DNA of 64,000 nt from Vicugna vicugna (Eukaryota): positions 5,951,260-6,015,259 of the forward strand of contig MU058844.1 of the NCBI GenBank assembly GCA_013265495.1, given 5' to 3'. Of the stretch, positions 24,071 through 39,100 are shown in pieces; the stretch's first letter is position 1, and each line of letters starts with the position of its first letter. The notes beneath the pieces were generated by a model, which was not told where the DNA came from, ran no database searches, and worked only from the letters and a program-made list of their open reading frames with translations. A program made the translations under genes and the position numbers.

Positions 24071-26429
24071 AAGTGAAATTCCACGCACCCCCTCCCTGAT
24101 GGTTTTAGGGTAGCTATCTCTTCTTCACCTCTCACAGAGACATTTTAATTCTCCAATCTGTGAACAATGGAATCCAGGAAACAAATCTTTTTTGGAGAGA
24201 TTTTTAGCCTAATGATGTGAGAAAACGCTTCCCTTCATGGGAGGCTAGAACGTTATTTTTCGTTGCAATTGACATTTTATAAGTTATCATTAAGGAAAAG
24301 CTGGAGTATGGTGGTCCCAAAGGCACATACTGATGTTTCCAGTTTGGTGAGCCAATTGGTGCAGAGAGAATAAGGAAGGGCGTGCTGTTCCAGGCAAAGA
24401 GCTAGAGGCAACAACTTAGCATTCTGAGTCGGGAAACAGCCTCTGTAACCAATAGCACAGGCCTCAGAGTAATCTAGAGATTAAACTTGAAATTTGTTTA
24501 TTGAAAACCTACTCTATGACAGGCATTGTGCCAGGTTAATTTGATTTCATGTAACACAGCATACTGTGAAGGAGGGTTCACAGAATGCTGTAATTCACAT
24601 TGTGTAGGTTAAAAAATAAACAAATAGAAAGAGCCCTAGAGAGTTGAAATAAGGATAATGGAACTTATTAAGCAGAGCTTGGATAGGACTGAACGAGGCT
24701 TTCATTTCTAAAGCAACAGCTAATCTTTGTAATATTAATACCGGATCCAAGTACAAGCCAAAGAAAATCTTGTATTAACATGCTGTAGAAAACATTATGC
24801 CAAATCAAGGATAGGCTAATACGTTTAACCTAAAAGTACATTTGGTGAAAAGTCAGATCAGATTCTATTTTCAAATTGATTCTAATCCATCAATTTATCC
24901 TGTTTTCCTCCCTTTCCAGCTTTAGATGTGTTACTTATATTAAATTCATAAACTTTTTTTTTAACATCTCAGAATCATCCTTCTTATTATAAAGACTATG
25001 TAGGACCTACAAGGCTCTGTGTGTGTTAAATTGTTTTAACTGGGGTAGTAGGTTAGAAAGGAGGAAGGAAGAATCAGGGATTTAAGTGCAGCTGCAGCCA
25101 TGTTGAGTTAAGTGAGTGATCTGAGAAGGAGAACACTTTCCACTTTGCACTCTGGGTGGAGGCATTGTATGCATAGAATGAAAATACCAGACAAGCACTG
25201 TTGGGGTACCAGGCCATATTTTAATGTCATCCTAATTCAGTAAGCCAAAGAATGCTGGAACTAAAAAGGGCTATGTGCATCAACTAGTCTCATGCTTTTA
25301 TTTTATACAGAAGGAGACAAAGACCTAGTGCTCTAAGAGGGCTACAAATTTCCTCCTCCTTCCAACTCTTCATCACATCGGTCCTCACTGCTCAGGGTCT
25401 AATCTCACTTCTTATCCCAGATGAAGATTATTCTTCAACATCAGTCAAGATATCTTGAGAAATTAATTTATCTTCTGTGAGTTTCTCTATTATAGTACAG
25501 CATCCCCATAAATTGGAAAAGCATCCAATGGGTATTAGTTGCTATAAAATGGACTTTTCTTTTGGACAAGTCTCTCTCTCTCTCTCTTTTAATTTTATTT
25601 TTTGACTTTTCCCTTTTATAGTATATTGCTTTTGGCATTACCAGATTTTGTTGCTATCTCTCAGTAAACACAAATCCCTTAGATCCTAAATCATGGATTC
25701 TTTATGCATATGATCTTTTGACCACCCTCCCACTTTAATGTGTAACACCGTATTTTTATATATGTCCTCTCTGGTCCTGAAGTCAGATAAACATAGTCAT
25801 AAATCAGGTATCACTCAAATGCCTACAGGGATCAGGCAGGTAACATGTTCTATTTAAGCCCCATTTAAGGAGGCCATCTGCTTGATACTGAGCTTCAGAT
25901 GATTTTTCTCCATGTGGGGACACAGACCTCAAATCGCAAATTTTCCACTTTTTCAGCATTTTCCAGAAACTCAGATTTTTATGGAAATGTCACAATCTAA
26001 ATATTTACTTCAATTTTCTTTTTTACAATACCAAGCAGACAAATTTAAATGTCTATGTCCAAGTTCAGCTTCAAGTTCCACCATTCTTCTAGTCCCTGGT
26101 TTAAGTCCTATTCTGATAACTTTCTACCTTGTGGCTTTAGACTTTCTCAGGGCCTCCATTGTCACCTGTAAAATAAAAATAATAATCAATATGTAAAAGA
26201 TGCTGTGCTTATATTACAAAGTGCATAGGTAATAGGCACTCAATAAATCTTAGCTTGTGCATCTTATTATAAACTGCATACACTCTTTCCATTTAGTCTT
26301 ATTTCTCATCTTCTATCTTTCTACTTTATATTTATATATCTTAATCTTTTAAAAAAATCATTCCAGTTTTTTGCCTCTTTTGTTTGGATAGTAGTCCAAT
26401 ATATTACTTTTGTCCTCTTGTGACTTGTT

Positions 26430-29400
26430 TTTTTCATTGAGGGGTAATTTACATATGATAAAAAGCATAGATCCTAAGGCTGATGAGTTGTGACAAAAAT
26501 TTGAATTTGTGTAATTCAAAACCCAGTAAAGATGAGAATCATTTTCTTCACTCCAGAAAATATTCTTTTACACATTCCCAGTGAATTTCTCCGATGTGAC
26601 AGGCAAACACTTAATCTTATCTATTCTTGATCTTCACATAAATGGACTCAAACATTATATACATTTTGGTGAGTGTCTACTGTTTCTTAAAATAATGTTT
26701 TGAAATTGGTTTTTGTTATTGCAAATATCAGCAGTTTATAACCTTTTAATTGCAGAGTATTATTCTATTGTAGAAATATACTGTAATTTGTTTATCCATT
26801 CTTCTGTGAGATGGACATTGTGTAGTTTCTGGCTTGGAGCCATTATGAATAAAGCTTATATTCACATGTAAATGTTTTCTTGGTCATGTAGTTTCAGTGC
26901 TCTTGTATAAATACCCGGAATGAAAGTGCTGGGTTATAGGGTAGGGGTGTGCTGAACATAAAAAGAAATCAATCGTTTCCTATGTGACTTTACCACTTTA
27001 AAATCCCACCAGCAATATCCTTGCTAACATTTGGTGTTGCCATTCTTTTGAATTGTAGCCTTTATGGTATCTGTTGATTTTAATTTGCTTTTTCTTGATG
27101 ACTAATGATGTTGAATTCTCATTACATAATAGATATGCTTTTATTTTTCTTTGGAAAATGTTTGTTCAGATTTTTGCTCATTATTTAATTGAGTCATTTG
27201 TCTTTTTATTGCTGTGTTATGAGGGCTTGGGGGGCAGATAAAAGTATTGCAAATGTTTTCCCCCATTTTACAACTTGCTTATTTTCATAAAAATGTCTTT
27301 CAACGAGCAATGTTTTAAAGTCTGATGAAATCTAACTTATCCCTTTTGTCTTTTGGTTAGTGCTGTTAATATCCTAAGCACTCTTTGCCTGCCCCAGTGT
27401 CATGAAAATGTTTCTCTAAGTTTGTGTCTGGAAGCTTCATTTCAGCTCTTAAATTTAATCTATAAAACATCTCAAATTATTCTTTTGTGAATGCTATAGA
27501 GGTCAAAATTCATATTCTCCATTTGACATTCAACTGCTTCGGCATCATTTGTAGAATAGATTTTTGTTCCTGCATTGAAATTCTTTGGCATGTTTCTGGG
27601 AAAAAAACCATTGATCATACACTACGCATGGATCTACTCTGTTTCACTGATTCATTTGTCTGTCTGTATGTAAATGTCATACTGTCTTGATTTCTGTAGC
27701 TGGATAGCAGTTTGGAAATCAACAATGATAAATTCCTCAACTTTATCTTCTTTCAAATCACTTTGGCTACTTTAGGTTTTTTTCATTTCCTATAAACTTT
27801 TAATTTGAGTTCTTTGATTATATTTTAAAGCCTGATTTTGTATTAAGGTTTTGTTGACTCTAGAGACGAAATTAGCATCTTCAAAATATTGGGTCTTGAA
27901 CATTGCATATTCCCCATTTATTTAGGTTTTTTTTTTTAACTCATTCTTTTCAGCAATGTTTTCTAGCTTTCAGGCTGGGGGTTGTTTTATTAAATGTTAT
28001 TTTCAAATTGTTCGTTGTGAGCTTATAGACACCAGATAGATGTTTGTACATTGCCATTGTATCTGCAAACTTGTTAAACTCACTTATTTATAGTCTACCA
28101 GCTTCTTTGTATATTCCTTGGGATTTCCGACCTAAAGAATCATACTATATGCCAATAAAGACACTTTTCTGTCTTCCTTTCTAAACCTTAAGTCATTTAC
28201 TTCCTCGTTGGGCCTTTTTATTTTTCCCTAATTGAATTTGCTGGGACCTTCTATACAATGTTGAATAAAAGTGGTGAGAGCAGAAGTCCTTACCCTAATC
28301 CTAATTTTAAGTGACAGGAGTTCAATGTTTCACAATTAACTTTTATGTTAGCTGTAAATGTTTTCCTCTTTTCCTACTTTGCTGTGAGTTTTTAATCATG
28401 AATGGATTTTGTCAAATACTTTACCATTAAGATATTAAGATATCATATGACTTTTGTCCTGCCTTTCTATTAATATGACTGATTGTTTGCACTGATTTTT
28501 TAAAATAATAAACCGACGTTTTGTTATTGGGATGAACCTTGCTGTGTCTTATCTTTTTTACATACTGTTGGATGTGTTTTCATAATACATTGTTAAGGAT
28601 TTTTGTGTATCTTTTCATGAGAGATAATGTTCTGTAGTTTTCTTTTCTTGGAATACATTTGACTGAATTTTGGCATCAGGATTATTCTGGTCTCATAAAG
28701 TGAGGTGGGAAGTGATCTTTCCGCTTACATCTTCTGAAAAGTTTGTATAAGAGTAAAGCTATTGTTTTAACTTTGGTTAGACTCTGTTAGTGAAAACGCC
28801 TTGGCCTTTTGGGGAAGTCTACCTTTTCACTTATTTATTTTTACCAAATCTATTTCTATTTATATGTTCTATTTTTTCCCCCACCAATCTTTTATCTAAA
28901 CTAACCAGGAAAGAAGACAGAAGGGTCATCTGACGCTTATATGTTAAGGCTTAACCATGTGCATCTGCAAGATGCTGAGGGATTCTGCAAATTATTTAAG
29001 GCAAGGATAACAGCAGGTTAAATTAACACACGTGTTAAGACTAACACGTCTCAATAAGTGTCTTTCATCATGACTATTTTAGGAAGTTGTCTACTAATCT
29101 GACAACCTGATCACAATACCAGTTTGAGATGCTACCTCAGTATTTCACTGTTTTTAGATGCATAGATATAATCTGACTGAATTATCTTTGAGTGATTAGT
29201 GTTCTTCAGTGAGTTTAACTAAACTACCTAAACGTATTCAGATACCTTTATTCACAGTATTTCTTTGTTATCTCGTTATTGTCTGGAGGCTCTAAAGCAA
29301 CATCCTTTTCTTCATTGCTGATACTGTGTTTTTATTTTTCCTTGATCAATTTTTTTAAAGATTTTTCAGTTTTATTCATCTTTTCAAAAAAATCCACTTT

Positions 29401-30390
29401 TGGCTTTATTAATTTTTCCCATCATTTGTTCTTTATTGATTTTCAGTCTTACCATGATTATTGTTTCCTTTTATTTACTTTTGGTTTAAACTTTTCTTCC
29501 TTCTCTATCATCTTCAGGACAGACTTAAAATATTAATTTCAAACCCTCTTCTTTTTTCCAGCATAAACATTTAAATATATAAATTTTATAGCTCATAGTT
29601 TTAGCTGTTTTCCACTAATTTTGATTAAGTGGTATTTTCATTACCATTCATTTTTAAATATTTTCTAATTTCCTTGTGGATTTTTCTTTGATCCACCGAG
29701 TACTGGATCCCACCCCCAGGAACCAGAGTTCCTGATTCAAGAGATCAGGTTGGCGTCAGAGAATTAGCATTTCTAACAAGTTCCCACGAGATGCTAAGGC
29801 TGCTGTTCTGAGGGCCAGTTTGAAGGGACTACTGCTCTTAAACTTGGTTCTTATTCTCAAGGCGTGGCCTTTCTGAAGATTCTCCACTAGCCATTTGGAA
29901 ATCCAATTGCTCCCAACATCGGGCTACTTCAGGAATCTCTGTTCTGCTGTCATCCTCCCCTCCATTCTTCTGTGCCTGGTCTGTGCAGTCAAGCCTTGCA
30001 CGGCATTGCTTTGTGTTTAGCCAAATACCTGGAGGAATCACCATGCATAATTCCAAGGCTCCTTCTCTGTGCAACTCCCTCATCTCTGCTACCCTGTGCC
30101 ATGGAATACAGCAGTGTCAACAGCTCCAGAGAGGACTCCCTGCTTGCTCTGCCCAGCAGGTTTGTGGCCGTCTTTGGGGCTCTTCCTCCCCATGCAGCAG
30201 TTTGAGAAGTTCCCTGGGCAGATCACTAGGGTGAACTTGGGACTCAGTTCAGGAGTTACCCTTCTTTCGGGAACTAGAGCTATATGCTGTTTTTCTTCTT
30301 TTTTTCCCAAAGCCTGAAAAGAGTTGTTTCATATATTTTATCCTAGTTTGTTGACTTTTATGGCAGGAAGATAAACCTGCTGTGGCCACA
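26430..30390 (-). mobile_element. Long degraded L1M element(s), antisense, with insertions (MER5A at ~29700-29837)
   Basis: T-rich antisense L1 3' UTR/ORF2 signatures (tttatccattcttctgtgagatggacatt; tacaatgttgaataaaagtggtgagag). MER5A motif gcatttctaacaagttccc...gatgct. Confidence 0.75.
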
Positions 30391-32635
30391 GCTGGCTGTG
30401 TATATACATCATTATTGTACTGCCTTCCTCTCAACTGAATGAAAGATGTTCTCTCAAAATGCTCGTTGCCTTTCCTTTCTTCCAATTCTCATTTTCCACT
30501 CTCCAATTCCTGCTCCAATTGTAAAAGACACACTAAAATATTTAATACTTGGAACTTAATTAAAGGTGACCATCAATGATTCAGAAATATATCTCTAAGT
30601 AACTCTTTGATTGAAACAATGTAAATGGCAACAAAGAGTCTGATACAAAGAAATCTGCTTTGGCATTGTTTATTCAGTTTTAATTCATTCACCTGATTTA
30701 TATTTGTTGAACACTTTTTGTCAAACACTGAGCTAATGTCTCTCTTCATCAAACAAAGAAGAAAGACATAATTCTTTTATTATAGTTTCAGGGAGAACAT
30801 TTGAAAGAAAAGTCTTAATAATGAAAAAAAACATTTCAATTGCCCAGATGCCAAGTGTTCTTGTTGCTTGGCGTTTATCTTTGTAAACTCACCATGGTTT
30901 AGGACCCAGAAAACCGATGTCTTAGTTTTAGATAGAATCAAATCCTAGATGACTTAATTCATCATAACTGAACTCACGAGAGAGTAAAGTACTTTAATCC
31001 AAACAGCAATTTCTTAATTTATACTAAAATCTCTAACTACCACAGCGTCTGCTCCCACATGCTCAGGTCAAGACATTCTTCCATTGTACACGAGTCTATT
31101 ATAATCAGGAGTTGTTTTGTGAGAATGAAATCAGCACAAAGATTGCTAAATGATAAGCATGGTTTCTGGCCCCAGGCTCTGGTAATCAAATGCTTCACCT
31201 CCACAGTAATAATCGCAAATATTTGTTCAGCCATTACTTTCTCCCAGCATTTCAATGGGGTCCAAACAATTCTAATTGCTGTTTTACAAACAGAGATATT
31301 GAATCACAGAGAGATTGAGTAATAGTAAGTGGCAGAGCGAAGTGGGATTCAGACACTCGGAGCCTGTCTCAAGGGTCCACGTTCTCAGCCGCTCTGCCCC
31401 AGGGCAATACCGAGGCCAGGATATCAAAATTTGATAGATTGACTCTTGGGATGGGCAGCACTTGTACTGAGATTGCTGGGACGCGTCGCTTCCTTTGCTC
31501 TGCTTTTCCAAGTGTCGGTGGCTGGCTAATATTTCTTTGACTAAGACATCTTTCGTTATAGGTATGATAATGAATTCAGTGATGTTTCAGGGGAGTTTGT
31601 CAGGTGGTTTTGAATAACTCTTCTTACTCTATTGTTGTTAATTTATAGGGTGATCTCAGCCTGGAATACTGTGGGTGGTGTCTGCAATCAGAAATATATG
31701 TGGCTTTAGCATCTAAAAAAATTAATTTGTTGTCATGTGTTTCATATGGCAAGATTTCACATTAAAAAAATCAAATGTTCGTGGGTTCTCTTGGAAAAAA
31801 AGAAAAATCAGAAAATTTAGAGTTAATGGACCCCTGCTTCACACAGTGCCAATCGGCTGGAGCGGCCCAGGCAACTCTCGTCATTAGCATCGCCTGCCTA
31901 ACAGCTTCAGGCGTTTTCATTAGCAATACTTGATATGTAGTTTAACTCGGAAGAAAATAATTTCTGACATTTCATCAAATTGTACATAGAAATTTTTATT
32001 TTAACATTCATACAGTTGTCCATAATTACAGTGCATTACTTATTTATTCATTCTCTTATTAGAATATATTCAAAATGTTTCATTTTATGAAAGGCAGCCC
32101 CTAGTAATTGATAAGAGCATAGCTTCTAATCTCTGCTCTGCTAATTAGTAGCTTTGTGACCTCAAGGAAGTTATTTCACTTCTGTGCATGCAGTTTCCCT
32201 TATCTATAAAATAATGATTAAAAAATGAGCTTATCTCATAGACTCTTATGAGGATTAAGGACAGTGCCTCACACATCCTAAGTGATTGTTACACAATTGT
32301 TTCTTACTACTGCACACAATGATGCAAAAATGTACCCTTTTGGACATTTACAAATACACCTTAGGTTAGATTTTTAGAAGCAGAACCACTGAATCAAAGA
32401 TATGTCTGTTTCAAACTTTTTTGGATAGTGAATTGGAAAAGTAGTCCCCAAACAGTATTTTGATTAAATACCCATCAGTAGTGTATACCCTGGTAAATAC
32501 TGCTAAGTATTATTTTTAAAATGTGGCTACTCTAATGTTTAATAAATAACTTGACTTTGTTGTTTGATTTTGTATTTCTCTAGTAGCTAATAAGTCTGAC
32601 TGTAATATTTAAATAATGTATAAATTATTTAGCTC

Positions 32636-33440
32636 TGTAACATTGTGATTTGTAATAAGAAATACATATTATTGGTCTTCATCCCCCTATCTCTGGCACA
32701 AAAGTCCTAAAATCCTTAGAGTTTACTAAGAGAGAACAGTAAAGTCTTCTGTCCTTTGTTATATGAGTGAGGTGAATTTTGGACCCCACCTAAAGAAGAG
32801 GGACTGGTTGCCAGTGGGACCAACCATGTCATTAGAGGGTTGGAACTTTCAGTCCCCTGGATCCCGCCACCTCCAGGGAAGGGAGAGGGGCTGTAGATTG
32901 AGTTTAATCACCAATTATGAAGGCTAATGATTCAATCAACAGTGCCCATGTAATAAGGCCACCATAAAATCTCAAAGGACAGGGTTCAGAGAGCATCTGG
33001 AGCGGTGAACACTTGGAGATGTGGGGAGAGTGGGGCACCCTGAGAGGTCATGAAGCTCTATGCCCTTTCCCCATATTCGCCTTATGTGTCTCTTCCATCT
33101 GGCTGTTTCTGAGCTTTATCCTTTTAGGAAAAAAAAAGTGATCTAGTAAATAAAATCTTTCTCTGAGCACTCTAGCAAATTCATCAAACCCAAAGAAGGG
33201 GTTGGGGGAACCTCTGATTTACAGCCAGTTGGTCAGGTGACACCCTGGGCTTGTGACTGGAGGCTGAAGTTAGAGGGCAGAGGAGTCTTGTAGGACTAAA
33301 CCCTTAACCTGTGGAATCTGGTGCGATCTCTGGGTAGATGTGTCAGAACTGAGTCGAAATGTTGCAACACCCAGCTGGGGTGTGGAGCATTGCTTGGTAG
33401 TGTGGGGGATACTTTCCTTCCCCAATACTGTTGGAACTAT
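32636..33440 (+). mobile_element. MER21-like LTR
   Basis: tgtaacattgtgatttgtaataagaaatacata...ctggttgccag...caaccatgtcattagagggttggaactttcagtccc...tgtcagaactgagt. Confidence 0.75.
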
Positions 33441-33449
33441 AATCAGTAC

Positions 33450-33965
33450 ATAAATACTTGGTGTGACAATTTACTCCAAAACTTAGCAGCTGAAAAAAAA
33501 ACATTTATTAACTTAGGCAGTATTAAGAGTCAAGAATCTGAAGGCAACAACTTTGCTGGGTTGGTTCTGTCTCAAGATCTCTCATGAGGTTTCAGCCAAG
33601 CTATAGGCCAGGGCTGCAATCTCTGGAGGGGCTGAGGTGTCATCTGCTTCTGAGCTCACTCATGTGGCCACTGGCCAAAGGCTTCAGGTCCTTACCATGT
33701 GGGACTCTCCAGAAGGCTGCTCACAATCTGATTTTCCCCAGAGCAAGGCAGGAGCTATGGTCTTTTTATAACCTAAAATTGAAAGTGACACATCAACGCT
33801 TCTGCTGTTATTTGTTAGAAGGAAGTCACTCAGTCAAACCTATTGCTGTTCATTAAAAGTGTATCACTAGGACCCGTCTGGACACAGGGAGAAGAGAATT
33901 AAACTTCATCTACTGAAGGGAAGAGCATCAAAGAATCAGTGGACATATTTTAACACTTCAACACT
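33450..33965 (-). mobile_element. MLT1 (MaLR) LTR
   Basis: ccaaaacttagcagctgaaaaaaaaacatttatta...gctgggttggttctgtctcaagatctctcatgaggtt...gtggacatattttaa. Confidence 0.7.
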
Positions 33966-34384
33966 TAGCTTCTTTCTCTTTCTGTGAATTCTCTGTTTAC
34001 AAGCGTGACCATTTTTTTTTTTTAATTTTAGTTTTTAGGGCTCTGCTACATATGAGAATCTGCAAGCTCTAAGCCACTAGACTAGAATATCAATATTGTC
34101 ACATTTTAAAAAGATCTATTTCTCCCATCAATCACTTGGGCGAATGCCTAATTTACCAGGAAATCTAATACTACCTCTCTCTCTTTCCTTTACCTCCTTC
34201 CTTCTTTGTAAAAAACAAAGCAGTCCTGCTTGCAGAGAATATTGGGAAGGAAATGTGAACAGCTTAATTGCAGTTCTACCTTTTTAGCTGTCTTTGTTTC
34301 ACACAGAATTTCAGTCTCAAAAACTGGATCCACAAAGCCAGATCTGTGCCCACTGCCCTAACAAGCTCAGATCTCTGTAAATGC

Positions 34385-35212
34385 AGAAAATGCAAATTAA
34401 AACTACAGTGAGGTATCACCTCACACCAGTCAGAATGGCCATCATTAAAAAGCCTACAAATGATAAATGCTGGAGTGGCTGTGGAGAAAAGGGAACCCTC
34501 CTATATTGTTGGTGGGAATGTAGTTTGGTGCAGCCATTATGGGAAACAGTTTGGAGAGTCCTCAGAAGCTAATGAACCAGCAATCCCACTCCTGGGCATA
34601 TATCTAGATGGAACTCTAATTCAAAAAATACATGCAGCCCAATATTCATAGCAGCACTATTTACAATAGCCAAGACATGGAAGCAACCTAAATATCCATT
34701 GATAGATGACGAAAAGGAAGCTGTGGTATATTTATACAGTGGAATACTACTCAGCCATAAAAAGGATAAAATAAGTCCATTTGCAGCAACATGGATGGAC
34801 CAGGAGATCATCATTCTAAGTGAAGTAAGCCAGAAAGAGAAGGAAGAATACTATATGATACCATACATCTGTTATCTTAAAAAAAAACAAAAATAAATGA
34901 ACTTTTACAAAACAGAAACAGACTTAGTCATAGAAAACAAACTGATGGTTACTAGGGAGGAAAGGAGGTAGGAAGGGATAAACTGGGAGTTTGAGATTTG
35001 CAGATACTAACTACTATGTATAAAATAGGTAAACAATAAGTTTCTTCTGAATAGCATAGAGAACTATACTCAATATCTTGTAGTAATCTATAATGAAAAA
35101 AATGAAAACAAATATATGTATGTACATGTATGACTGAAACTTTATGCTATACAGCAGGAATTGATGCATTGTAAACTATACTAAAAAAAGTAAAATAAAC
35201 AAACAAAAGAAA
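34385..35212 (+). mobile_element. 5'-truncated relatively young L1 (ORF2 C-terminus + 3' UTR + A-rich tail), camelid-like 3' UTR
   Basis: Frameshifted translations [21 protein letters not shown]...[18 protein letters not shown] and PFAATWMDQEIIILSEVSQKEK match the L1 ORF2 C-terminus. Confidence 0.95.
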
Positions 35213-35656
35213 AGGCAACTTTGAAAGTCATATATCTCTTCCTAACCTACACTAACAAAGGTAGCTAGAATTTTAAAATCTATAGTGGCTGTATTTGAAA
35301 GTTTTCCTTCACAGGCTACAGGTTTTTCTCTAGAATTCTAGTGAGAAAGATGAAACCTGCAAACTTCCTTCCAGTTGGGTTTAAATCATCCTGAGCAACC
35401 CTGGTATTGGTTCAGTCCAGGAGGGCATTTTAATTCATTGAGAAATTCTATAACATTAAATCTCAAAGGGAAGTTGTGGACTGAGGCCCCAAACTTCCCA
35501 GGAGGCTTGCAGATTCAGGTGCAAACTCACCCACATCTTCTCCCAGAACACAGGGGTTATTAAAGGAGGTGGCTTTTCCTCAAAGGACAAGAGGTATGGA
35601 TTTGTTCTTCCCCAAGGAAAATTAGTCCAAGTTCATCTGCTTCATATTATTATTGG

Positions 35657-36113
35657 TGTGTTAGTCTGCTTAGGCCATCATAACACAATGTCACAGACTA
35701 GGTGACAAGCAACAGAAATTCATTTTCTCAGAGTTCTGGATGCTAGAAGTTTGTAATCAAGGTGTTGGCAAATTCGGCTTCTGGTAAGGACTCTTCATCC
35801 TGGCTTGTAAATAGCTGCCTTCTCTCTTCTTTTCCCAGAAATAAACTGGTGTCTTCAAAAAAAAAAAAGACCCCAAAACAGAAAACTTTCTTCTTGAGCC
35901 TGCAATAGGAGAGAGTGCTGGTGTCTCTTTCTTCTTCTTAAAAGGACACCAGTATATCCTTCCTTATAAGCACACGGGATTGGGGCCCCACTCGTATTAT
36001 CTCATTTAACTTCATTGAGACAATTCCCTAAATGCTCTGTTTTGGAATATAGTCGCACTGGGGCTTAGAGTTTCAACATATTAATTTGAGGGGATACATT
36101 TCAGCCCATAACA
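35657..36113 (-). mobile_element. Solo MLT1A/B-type MaLR LTR with 5-bp TSD
   Basis: TG...CA ends with ATTGG duplicated at 35652-35656 and 36114-36118. Confidence 0.85.
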
Positions 36114-39100
36114 ATTGGTACCAGTGTTTGGATACATATGAAGCTAATATGTTCTCCACATCATAAAGAAAGATGATTAGTAGTGTGGTGAATTAAAGTT
36201 ATATTCACAAAATCTATAATCAGTTTAAAAAAGGAAACAGTTCCAAATTTACTTAATACAATCTCTATTAAGTATCAGTTAAGGAAAATCTTCCAAAGAC
36301 CATGTCAGTGATTGCATTGTAATTCTAAACCATTGTTGTTAATATTCATAGAATGGTGATGATAATACCTAGTTCTCAGAGTTATTACAATTTTTCTCAA
36401 TATGTCTTAAGAAATTTAATTGCTTCTCCCCCGTATCACCCCTGTACTTTATGCACAGCTCAATTCAAGGAATGATGCTTTATATTACAATTGTTTTTCC
36501 CATTCAACTCAAGCTTTTTGAAACCAGAACAGTGTCTTCTCATCTCTGAATTGTAGACTTTTAGTTCAGTGCCTTGCATACTCTGAGTGTCCAATAAACA
36601 TTTATTGTATCAAAGAACTAATCAGCCTCTAGTCAATGTGCTTGTTAAATGTGAACTAAACATAAATGGGAAGAAATACTGATTAGCAAATGTATTAAGA
36701 TTATGTTTGTATTTCTTAACACTAATAATTAAACTGTTTTTAACCTTTGTTAAAAATTGTCAACATTTATCATTCCATAATATTCTTGACAAATTACCAC
36801 AGATTAATTTGAATTGTTCACATAATGCATTTCAAAGACTATGCATCTAAGACTTTTATTTTTGGTATAAATAATATCTGAGGCAAACCCTAAAGTCTTA
36901 AACCAATAAGTGATTGCTCTTTATAACTTAAAACGCTCTAAATGGAAGAATATTGTAATTATCTCCGATATTCAGCATAAAGGTGTTAATTTCTTTTTAA
37001 TATGTATTGATAATGCCAAAACCTGGTCAAATGCGAAGACTGACAATAAACTTAAATTTTTCACAGATAACGATTCTAGCAAATTCACGTGTGAGTGGTT
37101 GAGGCGGTGGGAAAAGAAGACGTGATTCTAACCCCATCTAGGGACACTCCATGCAACATGGTGATTTTAAGCTGAATCATACACACCCCAAGTGGTGGGG
37201 ACTGCGAGGTGATTGAGCGTCTACTGACCATGTATTATGCATTTAGAATGGTATCTCCATTACCAGATTAATTTTCACAACAGTCACATTAGATATGGAT
37301 TCCACGTGAGTTTAGTTAGGAAATTATATTACGTGACAATAGTATCTCTCTTAAAGCATTTGATACTGTCCTAAGGGAAGGGAATATGGATTGGGAGCTT
37401 CTATCCATATGACCCGTATGAACCAAGTCCTGAACACCCAGTGTCATGTCTTTTAAATTTACCTCAGTCATGACAGGACATAACAACAGCTTTGACTCTA
37501 CTCAGCCTCTCTCCCTTGGACATACGTACCATGTCCCTCAATTATTTTTCTCCTCCATTTAGTTCATACACAGAAAGCATGTCTTTTGTCTCTGTAATCT
37601 TCCAGGTAGCTTTACACTGAAAAACTATTTACCAAACATCAAATCGTATATGATTTAAATGTTCTTGACTCCATATCATTCTCTATTTCCCCCTGGGGTG
37701 AAAGGGTTAGAAGCCTGTAAACTATATTTCTGAGACACTTGGCCAAGCTAGTGGCTTCAGGGCCAACTTTCTTTTAAGTTCTAACATTGAGAAATGTGGG
37801 CAGAAGTTTGGAAAATGGGAGGAGCTGAGAGATTTGCAAATATTGGCCCAGCACTGTTGAAATGCACACTTCAGGGTTTTCACCAGGAATAGTTCTCAGT
37901 CTAACAGGAGTGAAAGGTCAAAGAAGTTTCTCCAGCTGCTGAGAAGCACTTGTTGGCTCATGAGATCCAGCACAAGCATGGTAGCAGCTTCCAGATGCTC
38001 TATGTTTGCTTCTCTATTCCTTCCAACACCTGTGTAACCAATTCTCTGCATCAAACCTCGCTTGGCATGAGCTATCAAAAGTGATGTTTAATATCTTGGC
38101 TAGAAACATATGGTATCATGTTTTCTTATTCCATTCCGTTTAGTATTTGCTAAAGGAGAGTTCTGAATTCTAAAATTATGAGTCTTTGACACATTAAAAC
38201 TTGAGGAGTAAATTTCTAATAGTAAGCACATCACAAATCTCCACAAGACATCATTTTTTTCAAAAAAAACTCTGCCAATGCCTCAGGAGTTCATGAAAAT
38301 TCTTGTCACTGGATTAAAACTATTTTCTTTCTTTATAAACTATGGCAAAGCGTTCGTTTAGGCTTGTGAAATTTGAACCCAAGTCATTCAAATGGTTGAA
38401 ATAGACTAAGCATGTATAGATACATGATTTCAAAAGAAACTAAATTGAGAGGATTGTGTTTTGAGCCTATTACTGGGTTAAGTCTGGAAGTGAACTTATT
38501 CTCTTCTGTTCTTAGAATCCTTAGCAGTAAAATGCGTCCTTGCACAGATGAATTCTAAGGTGGGTTTTAGGTTCTAGATTTTTATTTTGTTCTGCTTTAT
38601 ACATTAATTAAGAAGCTGAATCTCAGCTGCTAATATAGTCAACAAGGTCTGTTCTTGGTTCTACTTCATGCTAACCCATGTTTTTGAGCAAGGGCGCTTA
38701 TATCTGAGTCTCGTCTTCATCGACATAATGAGAGGTTTGAAGTAGAGGGTATCTGTTTCTAACCTACGCTAAAATCATCTTTGATTCCAGTCTGTGCTTT
38801 GATTTGAGTAATGGTTAAATCACATGTCTCTAAACCTCAGTTTTCTTATTCATAAAACTGAAACAATATTTTCTCTTCTGCTGACCATATTGGGATCAAG
38901 TGAGATATCAGACATAAAAATGCTTTATTACGATTCTATTATTTCCTACAGCAAGTGAATGTGTATTTGAGGGCGTTTATCTATTCATATGCACCCAATT
39001 CATTTTATTAAAGTATCTATGTTTCACAACACTTTCTTTGAAGTTGAGCAATTTCTAGTAGCAGCTGCCCTTATATGGATTTGCCAATTTATCTCATTTA

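Noticed and set aside
29838..30485. Cluster of overlapping ORFs
   Set aside because: Falls in a degraded L1 5'-like region with no coherent coding signal.
34381..34896. Cluster of short ORFs with protein-like sequence
   Set aside because: Frameshifted L1 ORF2 remnants and their antisense.
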